This document shows positions 40,401-52,820 of a stretch of 64,000 bases of DNA, one piece after another (the first letter of the stretch is position 1; every line of letters begins with the position of its first letter). The DNA is taken from positions 64,001 through 128,000 of the IMG/VR virus record IMGVR_UViG_3300021387_000299, one strand, 5' to 3'. The notes beneath the pieces were generated by a model. It saw only the letters and a program-made list of their open reading frames with translations, made no database searches and had not been told where the DNA came from. The translations under genes were made by a program, and so were the position numbers. This DNA is from a virus. Lineage: Duplodnaviria > Caudoviricetes.

Positions 40401-41829
40401 AAATTTCTTTTCAGCCATTACCACTATTTTCTTCTCCAAGAGCAGATTTATCATTAGCTAATTTTTGCGCCAATAAATCTTTTCCTTGTGAAGTAAATCA
40501 TTCAGAGGAAGTTAATTCTTCATCTGAGTTATAATAAATAATACTATTGCGAAATATATTTTCTTTTATATATTGAGTCTCTTCTAATTGTAAAGCATTA
40601 TCTTTTGTTCACTCTGGCATTTTATCTTCTTCAAGTTCTGGTTTATTATTTTCAATCCATTTATTCCATTCATCTCAATGTTCTAATATTAAAATATCTG
40701 CTTCATATTGAGCAATTAAATTTTCTAAAGACTCTTTTTGATATATAAAATCAGAATCGCTAATATTTTTATATCAATGAATATTAACATTTTCTAATCC
40801 GAGATCTTTTGCTTGAGAAGCGCTTGTGATTGTAATGGGTTTTTGAGATCCATCTCCATTTATTAAATCAGTATATTTTCAATCTATACGAATATCTTTT
40901 TGATTGTAAAGATCAGCATCCTTAGAGTTATAAGTATTACCACTAGTAGTATATAAAGTAATTGCATTTTCAGAAGTTGGTTTATCGTTTCCATAATATA
41001 AAGAAATATTCTTTACATATATGTTATCTTCCATTACACTACCATCTGGATATAATCCAGTTATTAACTCACCAGATCCATCTTTAAAATTTCCACCCTG
41101 GAAAAAATAAATTTCTATTGCAGAGACATTTCATTTTTCTATATTAAATAATGCCTGCTGTTCTATATAAGATCTAAAATTATAAATATTACCAACCATA
41201 TTATCTGAACTTCTTAGATAAAATGATTGTCTTACAGGCTCATTTGTTTCTTTATTTGTTCCTATTACTGTAAATTGTAGGCCATAATCTCCTTCAGTAT
41301 TTTCTCCAACCATTACTTGGAATTCTGCGGATACGCCTAAAAATTTATATAAATTTCCATTTGTTTGAATGGTGTCTATTAAAATATAGTCGGGTGTTTT
41401 ATCTAACTTATGGGTTTTATCATAGTTTGCCAGTAGAGAATATTCAATATCATCTTCTGTCGTAAAAATTTGATCTATTTGTTGATAAGAACTTAATGGC
41501 AACTCATAGTCATAAAATTCTTCATCATTACTAGATTCTCCTCTATATAAACCGCTAATCTCTTTCTGTTGGGTAAAATCATTATTGCGAATTGTCACAT
41601 ACACTTTAGTTCCAATTTTATATGTTTTATTTTCAGAAGTAGCAATATATCTAGCTGAACCATTTCAAACTATATATTGTCCCTTATCTCGATTAGTAAT
41701 ATCTACAATCTCGACCAGTTCTGTTCTATCAAAAGGCAAATTTTCAACCGCCCTTTTTGCGTGAATAGCCATGGCTTCATTTAAAAAATAAACATAATCA
41801 TCAACAGTCTTCTTAATTTCATCTGCCAT
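37456..41829 (-). CDS. Large tail-tip protein following the tape measure gene (1457 aa, TGA=Trp)
   Basis: ATG 41829 after AAGGAGG. In frame with track ORFs 41131, 39529, 39205 and 37786. Ends ...IPED-W-NSGN-TAA. C-terminal Gly-rich beta region (GLFGF..G...F.I..DG.A..G) resembling tail spikes. Confidence 0.65.
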
Positions 41830-41904
41830 ATATTCACCCTCCTTTTTCTCCTTATATCTCTTTATTCTTTAAAAAGAAAGTTATTTTTTTATTTATATTT
41901 GACC

Positions 41905-41935
41905 AAAAAAATAAAGGAGGACTAAGTCCTCCTTT
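41905..41935 (-). terminator. Intrinsic terminator after the tape measure gene
   Basis: AAAGGAGGACT-T-AGTCCTCCTTT followed by ATTTTTTT. Confidence 0.8.
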
Positions 41936-41938
41936 AAA

Positions 41939-44900
41939 TTATTTTCTATTTACATATTGAGTAGCTGAATTAATTAAATTATTTAAAGCTAATTCAATTT
42001 CAGTATGCGATTGCACATTAGGGAATGAAGCTTCAATATGAACGTTTTGATTTAACTCTTCACTACCAATAGAGTTAATACCATTATAATTAATATTATT
42101 CTTAAATACTGATTGCAATTTTGTAGTTGCCTGTGAAGCCATTTGTCTGACGAAACCAACAACTTTTAACATATTTGAAGTATCATCTTTATTTAATACG
42201 AGTTCTTTCTGATGAAGAACTGCCAAGCGTCCAGAATCAGTAGATCAATTTCCAGTATATCCACCAGTATCATAAATACCCTGGGTTGGAATATTTTTAC
42301 CTCCTGGCATAATATAACCAGTAGAAGGTTCTCCTTTAATTGTTTTTGAATCAATACAAGTTGAATCTTCATATAAACGATAAGTACCTGTTACCGTACC
42401 ACGAGCTTTAGCTTCATCAACAACTTTATTAAATGCCGCTTTTGCGCTTGCTCGAGTAGTATACGTTTCGCTTGTGCCTAATGTATAAGCATTTCCACTA
42501 GGAGGATAAATACTATATACCTTTATAGATCCCGTTGGTCCTGATGGTCCAGTGCCTCCAGTGTAAGGTCCTCCTCCACCTGCTCCGCCGCCAGAATCAT
42601 TACCTCCTGCAGCTGCACTATTTGCTGCTGCAACTGCCGCCGCAGTAGCTGATGCTTGTTGAGCTAGTTTAACTTGTGCTTGATATGTTTCACTTAATTT
42701 CTTTAACATTTCATTCAATGCACTAACGGTCGCCTGCGTAGCATTTTGAATACTGGTCATATATTTACCATATTTATCATCAAAATCTTTTGCTGCTTGC
42801 TTTGCATCTTCTAATGCCTTCTTTATGCCATTTTCTTCATTATTAACCATGTCATAAATAGCTTCCTTTGCTTTCTGGCTATCTTCTGCAACGGAATTCA
42901 TATCGGTTTCAGCCTTAGTCGCGAATTCATCGACAGTTGTTCCGGCTTCTTCATAAATAGCATAACAATTATCCTGCCATGTTTGAAGTGCTTCTTCTCC
43001 GGCCGCAAGCATATCTTCTCAAGCTAATTCTCCAGCATCCATTAATTCAGTTAATGTATCATATCCAGTAATTGCACTTAATACTGTTCTATCAAAACTT
43101 GTAATTAAGTCTTCATCGCTTAATAGTTTCATCTGAACAATATTTTCAATGTCTGCTCAATCATCATCTCTAAAGCGCTTTTGCTCATCAAATAATACGC
43201 CCATTTGATCTGTTAATCAACTAAGTTTTGCAATACGTTCTTCATTTAATGCTGCCATTGCTTGAGCATATTCTTCAGTGCCTTCTTTATACTTAGCTAA
43301 GATTTCAGCTTCGCGTTCAGCAAAGTATTGATTTCATTCTAATCATTTAGATTGTAAATCATTAGACATTGAAACCATATAATCTTGATAATCATAGACG
43401 GCTTCAGCGTAATTTTCTTCAGCATCTCCAATAGCATCTTGATCAGCCGTGTAAGTATAACTGAAGTTACCCTCATTATCTCGGGTCATTCTTACTGCAC
43501 TCTTGGCCTGCTGCGCATCTCTTAACTGAGCTTCTGCTTGCAATAATGCAATTCTACGTTCAATAATTCCAGCTTCATATTCTGAAATTTCAACACCGGC
43601 CGCCATTTTCGCATTAATTTCATCAAGAAGATCATTCATCTTGCCTTTAATTAACGTGTTATTAGTATCTTGTAAACTCTTATTAAGTTTTCTTACAGAT
43701 GCATTTAATTCATGATATTTCTTATAATCTGGCAAATATAATTCATTTAACTCTTGTTGAGTTTTAAATTGTTCCGCCATCCAGGTTAAATCCATATCTC
43801 CAAAAGCGTTCTCATAATCTTCCTTCATTAAATCTATAGATTTTTCGAATGCATCATTAGCTGCTTGTAATGCTTCTTCTCAAGCGCTGTAATAATTTTC
43901 TGTAGCGTCAGTATATAATTCTTCTAATTGTTCAAAATGCTCTTTCCAATATTTATAGCTTTGCTCATCACCTTCAAGTTGATATTTCAACATTAGCTTT
44001 TGAGCATCTTCCATTTGCTCGCGCCACTCTTCCATCTGCGCCTTTGCAGCACCGAGCGCATCTTGAGCATTTTTAACAATTTGCTGACTCATCTTTCTTA
44101 ATTCAGAAGATGAAAGTTTTAATAATTTTCTTCCAGTTAAATCAACAATGCTAGCATAATGCTTCATAATATTGCCAGCCTGCTCAATCTTTTCACTCTG
44201 TTTTTCAAACTCTTCTGCCATTGTGGTAATAGTATCTGATAAAATTTCGTGAACTTCATCGGCAGTGTCTTTCATACTGGTATATGTTGTCATTAAGCCA
44301 GATAAGTAATTTCTCAATTGTTCGGCTTCTTTTTCAGTTAACTCACTAGCTAACTGTTCATTTTTCATGAACTCTTGAAGTTGTAAAACCAATTGATCTG
44401 AATTTAAATTATCAAAATCTAAATCAATACCATGATTTGAGAATATTTCTTTAATACCTCTTCGATAATTCTCTCAATCTTGATCGAAAGTTTTCATTTG
44501 CTCATTTAGATTTGCAATTCTATCGGCAGCGCGATCTGCACCATCGCCCATATTATCAAAAATCCATTGTAGCAATTCTCTATCTTTATCATCAAAATCT
44601 AATTGCAGTTTTACTTGTCAATCAATTTTCTCCAATTTAGCATCATAAATTGCATTAATTTGATCTATACGATTATCAATCTGCTCTTGAAGTAAATTGT
44701 AAGTATCTTCATACTGCTTTAAAATTTTCTTATTTTCTTCATATGTTTTTTGTGCTTTTTCAAGAATTTCCTTATCAGCTTCTTCTTGCGCACTTTCGTT
44801 ATAGGTATCAATAGCTTTATTATATGTGGCAGTGATATTAGCCAATACTTGTTCATAGTTAGTAAGCATGCCATTTTCGTCAAAGATAGCACCCATACCA

Positions 44901-47900
44901 ATACCCTTTAGATTACCTAAATCTAAAGCCAAGTATTTTTTAATTTCAGCTATATATTCATCAGTTAGTTTAACTTGTTTTTCAAGAGCTTCAATCTCAT
45001 CATTGATATATTTTAACTTAGATTTGCCATAAGTACGCTCTCTTGTTTTATTTAAACGATCAGTTGATTTATTCAAATCATCAATACGTTCTTTTATATC
45101 ATGATAACGATCTTGATCTTTAACGTGTTCTTTAACTTCTTTCTTTTTGGCAGAGCCGCCTCCGCCGCCTTTTCCACCAGAAGATTTAGGAGATACTCCA
45201 CCGCCTCCATGAGTAGCTTGGCTAAATTTGAAATTACCACCAGTTGATTTGTGTGCTGATTTTACTTTTAAGGTAAATCCAGTTTCTTCTTTTGGCTCTG
45301 TTAATGTTGTTTCATTTCTTTCATATTCAACTCCATGCACGACAGTTCTAAATGGTTGCGCTTTTGTGTTACCTTCTCCATCAACTGTTGTTGTAAATCC
45401 GTCTTCTCGATGCTCTGTTATATGTGGAGTAAATCCTGCAACAACCTTTTGATCTGTTGCTTTGGTTTTATGTTCTTCAATTTCTGCATCAATACCCATA
45501 TTAGCAAGATAAGCAGTAGCTTGTTCTTGTGTCATATGAGCAGCATTAACCAAATTAGTTAACTCAGTTAAGAAACCTTCATCATTTAACTCTGCGCCAA
45601 TTTGCAATTTACCGAATTCTTCTGAATTAACAAAATTTCGCAAAGCTTCAGCTCTATCATAAAAGTCATCATCAATTAAAGTTAAATGGGCAACAATATC
45701 TTGATTTGCTCTTTCTTGTAAATCAGTATAAGCTTTCTCATTTCCTTCAATTGCTTGTTTCATTAAATCAAGATTTTCTGCATTTCGCAAGAAATCAGAT
45801 GACAAAACAGAACCATCTATATCTAATAAATTGGCATAAGATTTACGCATTTCATTGGCAGCTTTAGTGGCTCTTTGCATGCTATTACTATTTAAGGCTT
45901 TATTTCAATCTTCATAGCTTTCTGTAACATCTTGAATTGCATCATCAAATCTAATTATTGCCGCCGCGACTCTTGAAGATTCTCTTTGGCATTCACTTAA
46001 ATGATTATCTAACTCATCAATTGCAGTTGCATTTTTATAAATATAATCAGTTAAATTTTTAAATTCTTCCTGAACTTCGGCCGCCTGTTTTTTAGTTAAA
46101 CCTTCTGTATCAAACTCTATTGGAGTATTATCTAATACTTTTTTTTCTTCCGCTTTAAGTTTTGCAACTTTCTCAGAATCTTCTTCAAATTTTCTAATTA
46201 TTTCAGTATAATTTTTATCAAAATCATCTCTCGCATTTTGTAAAGCTTGTTGATAAGCCTCTGCCGTAATCTCATCTAAATTTTTTAATTCTTCATTTAC
46301 TTGTTCAATTAAATATTGTTGAATTTCTTCATTTAGATATTCTTTATCTTGACTTCATAAAACATTAGATATATCTTCACCAATTTCATTATTAACACCA
46401 GTAGAAATTAACGCATCTAATGAAGATTGTTCAATTTGATTATTATTATAAAGAACTTCACTTAATTTACGAATTTCCTCTTGATGAGCTAATAATGCAT
46501 TAACGATTTCTGAATTATCTATACCAAGAGCTTCTTTTAAAGATTCAGAATTTAAAAAAGCATCGCTATTCTCTTTTCAAACATCAATTGCTTTTTGCAA
46601 AATTTCTTCACTAATTGTATTAATAGAAGGTACTGCTTCACCATAACCAGTTGGCACATACGATGATGTTTCTCCTGTTTCATAGGTCATTCCCCTAGCA
46701 GCCTCTGTTAAATCCCTAGTATAATTCGCATCTCTAGAATTTTTATCTGCATTTAAACTATCTATATATTTAGAAATTGAGTCAAAATATTGAAGATTTA
46801 CTATTTTCTCCATTTGTTTTTGCTGAATTTCTAATAATCCATTAACATTTTTTAAACCAACCGCTAAATCAGGATATTTAGAAATTAAATCCAATGTTTC
46901 TGCATTTAAATCTTGAACAGATTTTAATCATTCATCAGACCCTTCCTTCAAATCACTTAATGCATTTCGTGCTTCTAAATGATTTTCAAGAGTAGACTTT
47001 AACGATTTAAAAGCATTATTTACTTCATCATATGCCTGCTTTGCTTCCTCTGCTTTTTTTGCTGCTTCTTCTGCAGCCTTTGCTTCCTTATTTCATTCAT
47101 TATTAACGGCATTAATAGCCAGAACTAGTGCCGTTAATGCTCCAATAATAATTCATACCGGTATTGGCATCTTTATTATAAAGTCCAAAAAAGACATACC
47201 TTTTACCGAAGCTAATGTAGCGCCAGTAGCCAACATAAATAAGCCTTTTGTTAAAGCGGCTACACCCGTAAATAAAGCAGGTAATCCCATTAAAATTGCT
47301 GGTAAAGCTTGTTTTATTCGATCTAAAGGTTCTAAATCCTGATTATCTAAAATTTCAATAGCATTTGAAAGAGTGGTAATTCCCATTGTTAATTGAGTTA
47401 TTCCAGCAAATGCTGTTGTTATACCATCGGCAAAAGACTCTCGTAAAAAGAAAGGTAAATTATCATCAGAACTTCCACCTGGAGACGATGATTTACCACT
47501 TATACCTTCTCGATATTTTTCTTCAGCCCCGTTAAGTTTTTCAGTAACATCATCTAAATCTTGTGTGGCTTGCTCTATATCACGAGTAGCTTCATCTAAT
47601 TCTTCATTTAATTCTGTTACTTCATTATTAACATTATCTAAATCTTTCGTTGTTTTATCTATATTATGAACAACTCTTTTTTTAACATTTTCAATAATTT
47701 TATCTCTTTTTGCAGTTAATTCATCAAGTTTTTTATTATACTCTGCAATTTCAGCTTCAAGAGCATCTCTTTTTGCTATAAGTTCTGCGCTCTCTTTTGC
47801 ATCTGTAGGAGTTTTATTTATAACTGTTTCCAAACGAGCTTCAGCATTTCTCTTTTGTTTTCGCGTATTAACAATTTGTCCTTGGATTTTTTGATAATTC

Positions 47901-50341
47901 TTTTGCTGTGCAGCCAATTTATTTATCTGAAATTGTTGTTGTTTATAAGTTTCTAATTCTGCTTCTAAAACTTGCTTATTATTTTCTGAAGCCTGCTTTT
48001 TTTGTTCTAATGCTTGTTTATTTTGTTCTAATGCTTGTTTATTTTGTTCTAATGCATTTTTTTCATCCTGTATTTTAGATACATGTTTTTCAACAGCTTC
48101 CGTTAAATAATTTTCTGCATCAGCCGCATCTTTAGTTAAACGTTTCTGATATTCTAAATGCTGCTCTACAATTTCTTGATTTTCCTTTTCCGCATTTTCT
48201 GCAATTACTTTTTCTGTTGTTGCTCTAGTTGCAGCAATTTTATCTTGAATATAAGCTCTAAATTCTTCTCTTGTTGCTTTTATTGCCACTCTTTCAGCAT
48301 CATATTTAGTAATAATTTTTTCAATCTGTTGAGCAACAACTTCTTGATCTTGTATTTTAGCCAAGCTAGAAAAATCATCCGTTAAAAAATTTCTTAATGA
48401 ATCATTAATTTCATCATTTACATTTCCAGCCTTTTTGGCATCAGTTCACTTATCTGTTATTTTATGCGTTGATTTTCTCGATGTATTATTTGCAGCAAGC
48501 ATATTTTGAATAGTTATATCTGTCTGTTTAGCATATTCTTCTGTTGTTTTTATCATTTGATTACAAATTTCAAATTCTTGTTCTCCAACTTTACCTCTTA
48601 TTTCAAATAAATATTTATTTAATTTTATTTGCTCTCTTAAATTAGTTAAAATAACATCATCTTTAGGAGTTGAAGAAGTAGCTTTTCTTGCACTAAAGGC
48701 GGCTTGTAAAGCCTCTATTTGCATTTTTTCTCCCTGTAATTGAGCATAAGTTTTATCACTACCAAGCGGTTTTAAGATTTTAGATAATTGAAGTTGAGCA
48801 TCTTGTAAACCTGCAGTAAGCTGAGGTGTAAATTTAGACGCAAAAAATGCAGCAACAGTACTTAATACACCTGGTAATCCACCAATGCCGTCAATTAATT
48901 TATCAACGCCATTTAGAATTTTTTCAATATTATTTAATACACCAACAAAAAAATCTTCATCAATTAAATCTTGATAAATTGCCTGTCAAGCTGCTTGAAC
49001 CCTCTTTCTTGCAGCTTCTCAACTTTCAGCATAAATATCTGCTTGTTCTTGTAAAGTTCCCTCAGCATTCGCGACAACACCTAAATTATCTTGGAACTTG
49101 TCAAAATTATCCATTCAAGCAATTAATGTATTAGAATTTCTAACACCACCAACCGTTTGCGCCAAAGCGTTTCTTTGCGCCTTGGATAATCCTTCTCAAG
49201 CAGAACCTAAATCCATAATAACATCATGCATATCGCGCAAGTCGCCATTGGTATCAAGAACTTGAACTCCAACTTTAGATAATGCTTCTGAATATTTAGT
49301 TAAATCAACGCCATCTTCAAGGGTGTCTCCTAAAGACAAACTTTCAATTCTTTGGAATAATGTTCTAAATGAATTACCAACAGTTGATGCTGACTGACGA
49401 GTTTGAGCAACAACAGTAGCCAAAGCAGCAGTTGCATCATCATATGTTAATCCTAATGAACTACCTAATGCCGCAAATTGATTTAAACCATTCGCAATTT
49501 CTTCTGAACTTGAAGCAGTTGCCGCACCTAATGCAGTAATCTTATCTGCAAATAATTCAAGATCATCACTGCCTTCTGCGAAGTTATTTCAAATAGCAGT
49601 CATATAACTTGAAACATCTTCTGCAGATTCGCCAGTAACATTAGACATTTTTAAAGTAGTTTCGACGCGCTTTTGGACTTCTTCATCACCAAGACCTTGC
49701 TGATAGTAAATTAATGCAGCATCAGTATATGCCAATGTGCTTGTACTTAATGTTTGCGCAGCTTTATTCGCATTTTCTGCCAATACAGCCATTTGATCAG
49801 CAGACTGCCCCGTAACAATTCGAATACTATTTAAAGATTTATCTAAATCTTGTGCATATCCATATGCGCCTTGCAAAGCACCCACAAATCCATGTAAAAT
49901 ACTACTTGATAATTGCCATCTTGCAGTATTTTTCAACGCAATTCACATGCTATCTAACAACTTGTTAGATTCTACCATAGGTTTTTGCGCAGTAACAATA
50001 CTATTAGCTAAATTTAAAAAAGCTTTTTGACCATCAGCACCCATCGCAGTCATATCTCTAGCTAATTTGCTTAAACTTAAATCAGAATTATTTAATTGTT
50101 GATTAAATTTAGATAAATCTAAACGACCGGTATCCGCATTTAACGAATTATTTAAAGCTGTTTTAAGTTTTAAGACTGACTGTTGCGCATTAGAAATTTG
50201 TTGGTCAAATCCATTTGTAGCACCATTTTTAATAGAACCACTCATTAAATTATCTAATGAATTTTGTAAATCTTGGATTTGCTTTTTCGCTTGCGTTGTA
50301 TCTGCTTGAAACCCTAATTTAACATTTATCTGTTTTGGCAT
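41939..50341 (-). CDS. Tail tape measure protein (2800 aa, TGA=Trp)
   Basis: Eleven track ORFs from 49943 to 41939 share one frame; all but the last end in TGA. TP901-family-like TMP core (LDKSLNSIRIVTG...QQG...MTAI-W-NNF...VGNSFRTLFQR), long coiled coil, and a YDTGGYTG...AVLHQKELVLN C-terminus. Canonical position in the tail module. Confidence 0.9.
48000..48055. repeat. 21-bp tandem repeat (about 2.7 copies) encoding ALEQNKQ heptads in the TMP
   Basis: ttttgttctaatgcttgttta repeated directly. Confidence 0.85.
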
Positions 50342-50365
50342 GTTCTACTCCTTTCTCTCTTCCAT

Positions 50366-50405
50366 AAAAAAAATACCCCATGAAGAAAATATCCTCATAG
50401 GGTAT
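50366..50405 (-). terminator. Possible intrinsic terminator between chaperone and TMP genes
   Basis: Imperfect stem ATACCCTATGA / TCATGGGGTAT followed by a T-run. Confidence 0.55.
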
Positions 50406-50450
50406 AAAATAACTATTCTTCTTTATTCTTTTAAAAAGTAAATAGATTGA

Positions 50451-50975
50451 TTAACCAAGTTTGGTCACAACTTCATTTACAAGTTCAACACCTTTACTTT
50501 GATTAAGTTCGTTAACAAATTTTTGAACGTCTAAATCTAAATTCTTATAATCCTCATTTATAGCATCTAAAATTCCATATGCAGAATCTTGATATTTATA
50601 AAATTGTTCGATAGTTTCTTTTAATAAAGTATATAGATATCCAATATCGCTTTCTGGAATCGCAGTAAATACAGCATGATAAAAACCAGAAGAGATAAAA
50701 TCGTCATAAAGTTTTCCAGCGTTTTCTTTCTGTTTATCAGTAATTGATAAATTAGTATAATATTCAATTACTTTTAAATGAAAATACATATCTACTTTTC
50801 CTGGATTATAAAAACGATTTTCATCCGCTGCTAAATTTAAAACTTCAGTAATCAAATCTAATTTCTTTTCAATAGATAAATAAGGTTTAACTTCAATTTC
50901 CTGTTCATTTCAAATTAATGTTTTAACAGGATCTTTTGGAGTTAACTTTAATTTGTTCAATGTTGGTTTTGCCAT
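50451..50975 (-). CDS. Putative tail assembly chaperone (174 aa; codon 22 is TGA)
   Basis: ATG 50975 after AGGAG. Reads MAKPTLNKLKLTPKDPVKTLI-W-NEQEIEVKPYL into track ORF 50451..50855. Directly upstream of the TMP gene. Confidence 0.6.
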
Positions 50976-51006
50976 ATGATATAATTCTCCTATTATGTTC
51001 TATTTT

Positions 51007-51035
51007 ATTATACCAAAAATTTTTTATTTATACAA
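51007..51035 (-). promoter_or_regulatory. sigma70/sigmaA-type promoter
   Basis: TTGTAT (51035-51030), 17-nt spacer, TGgTATAAT (51012-51007), intergenic. Confidence 0.6.
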
Positions 51036-51043
51036 ACTTGTTT

Positions 51044-52582
51044 TTATTTTAACGCATTAGAAGAAATTGTTATTAATAGATTCATCGTTTTCATTTTATT
51101 AGTAAGTCTTGTAATTCGCCTTGCAGAAGACGCCCTATTTCTTTTAGATTCTGGAGCAACCCAATCATTTTCTGTTCAAATACCATCAGGATATTTGGAA
51201 AAGTTCATTAACTCTATATTTCCAATTATTTTATCTAATAATTCAGATAAATAATAAACCTTGTATCCCTCATTAGTACTATTATCATTAACTATAAATA
51301 AATCAACTTTTTCACTATATCCTTTATCTGTAAACACTCCACCAGAAATAGCTTTTACAAAAGCTGTGATTTTCATAGCTTCATGCATTTTATTTACATC
51401 ATTCAAACTAAAATTTGTATCAGTATGAGTTCCAACAATATTTAAAAAATGATTTATAAAATACGAGTAATCTTGAACTAAACCTAATAAATTTTTACCT
51501 TCTAATAATTTCAAGTGATCAAACCCTGTACTTAAATTATAATTTTTTATAGAAGTATTTATATTTTCAAAACCTTTAAAATATAAAGTTGCATCTACTT
51601 TATCTTCAGTTAAGTTAACGGTAAACTCATCTTGCTGCAATTGCTTAAGAGAAAGTCTGTTACCAGAATCATCAAACATTTTATCTTCATCTCTATATAA
51701 AGCATAATAACTCAATAAAGATCCTTTTACTCCTTTTCGACTTTTGTGTGGCTTATTTTTTGGATCATTTAAAAACTTTAAAAGTTGATTTTTAGAAACC
51801 CTTCCTTTATGATTTAAGACATAATTACTTGCTTTTGCCACAACTTCACCAAATTCGCCCTGAGCCTTTCCCGCAGAGGTTAATTTAAGAGCCCTTATTA
51901 ATTCACTTAATTCATCATCAAATCTTTGATATTTTTCATTTTTTCTAAGCCAACGACGCCATATTACTTTAGTATTTTTAGTCTTTTTTGTATATGCTGC
52001 AACATCATCTTTAAAGTTCGTATATTTTAAATCTAAATCTTCTAATTTTTTATAAAGATCTGCGGAAATTTTATCTTTTGCTATTTCTTTTCTAAATGCA
52101 ACCAATGCCTTATATCTATCTTCTATTGATTGAATAGAACGTTTATCTGCTATTTGATAATTACGAAATTTTTTTACCTTTTCTAAAAGCTCTTTTTCTT
52201 TTTCTGTTAAACTTGCTACATCCACACCAGAAGAAACTGATAACGTATTATTGTCTAAATATATATGACTACCGAACATATTTTCCATATATTCTGAAAG
52301 CGCTGCCCGCATTGTTTCAACATCCTTTTCATTCAATTCACCCTTTTCTATATTTGTTTTTATTGCAGGATTAAAAAATAAATTTAACATTTTTTCAAGT
52401 TTTTCTTTATTTCCAGCCAAATCATTTTCAAATTTTTTCCTCGCCATTTCTTGTTTCATCATTGCTATTTGAGTATCGTATATTTCTTGCGGACGAGGAG
52501 GGGTTTCTTTTTTATATAAATTAGTTGAATAATTAAGATAGTGTACTCTTGTTGCATGAATATAATCTCCAATACCCGCCAT
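51044..52582 (-). CDS. Lys-rich hypothetical protein, possible PD-(D/E)xK-like fold (512 aa)
   Basis: Track ORF 51176..52582 extended through TGA to TAA 51044. Motif spacing GEFGE...KVD...SIKNY. Confidence 0.6.
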
Positions 52583-52606
52583 ACTTTATCACCTCTTAAA
52601 TAAACA

Positions 52607-52635
52607 AAAAAAGGGAAAGACTATTCGTCTTCCCC
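52607..52635 (-). terminator. Intrinsic terminator after the major tail protein unit
   Basis: GGGGAAGAC-GAATA-GTCTTTCCC followed by TTTTTT. Confidence 0.75.
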
Positions 52636-52806
52636 TTCATTTTCTTCAACCATAATTTTTAAACCAGCTTCAGGCTTAATAATAGTAATTTTAGCTTTAG
52701 ATAAATCTAAAACAGGTTCTTTATTTTCGCTCTGTTCTGGTTTGATAATCTTAATAGTAGCCGGTTTAGAGACTACTCTTTTTCTTTTACTAGAGCGAGA
52801 AAACAT
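52621..52806 (-). CDS. Small hypothetical protein (61 aa)
   Basis: RBS AGGAGG, ATG and TAG; internal I.IIKPE duplication. Confidence 0.55.
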   Translation of the reverse strand: MFSRSSKRKRVVSKPATIKIIKPEQSENKEPVLDLSKAKITIIKPEAGLKIMVEENEGEDE

Positions 52807-52820
52807 AATTTACCCTCCTA

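Noticed and set aside
48000-48055. CRISPR-like repeat
   Set aside because: The repeats are contiguous with no spacers and encode coiled-coil heptads within the TMP.
50342-50470. Classical G/GT tail-chaperone frameshift before the TMP
   Set aside because: There is no second overlapping ORF; the gap is a short AT-rich spacer with a hairpin.
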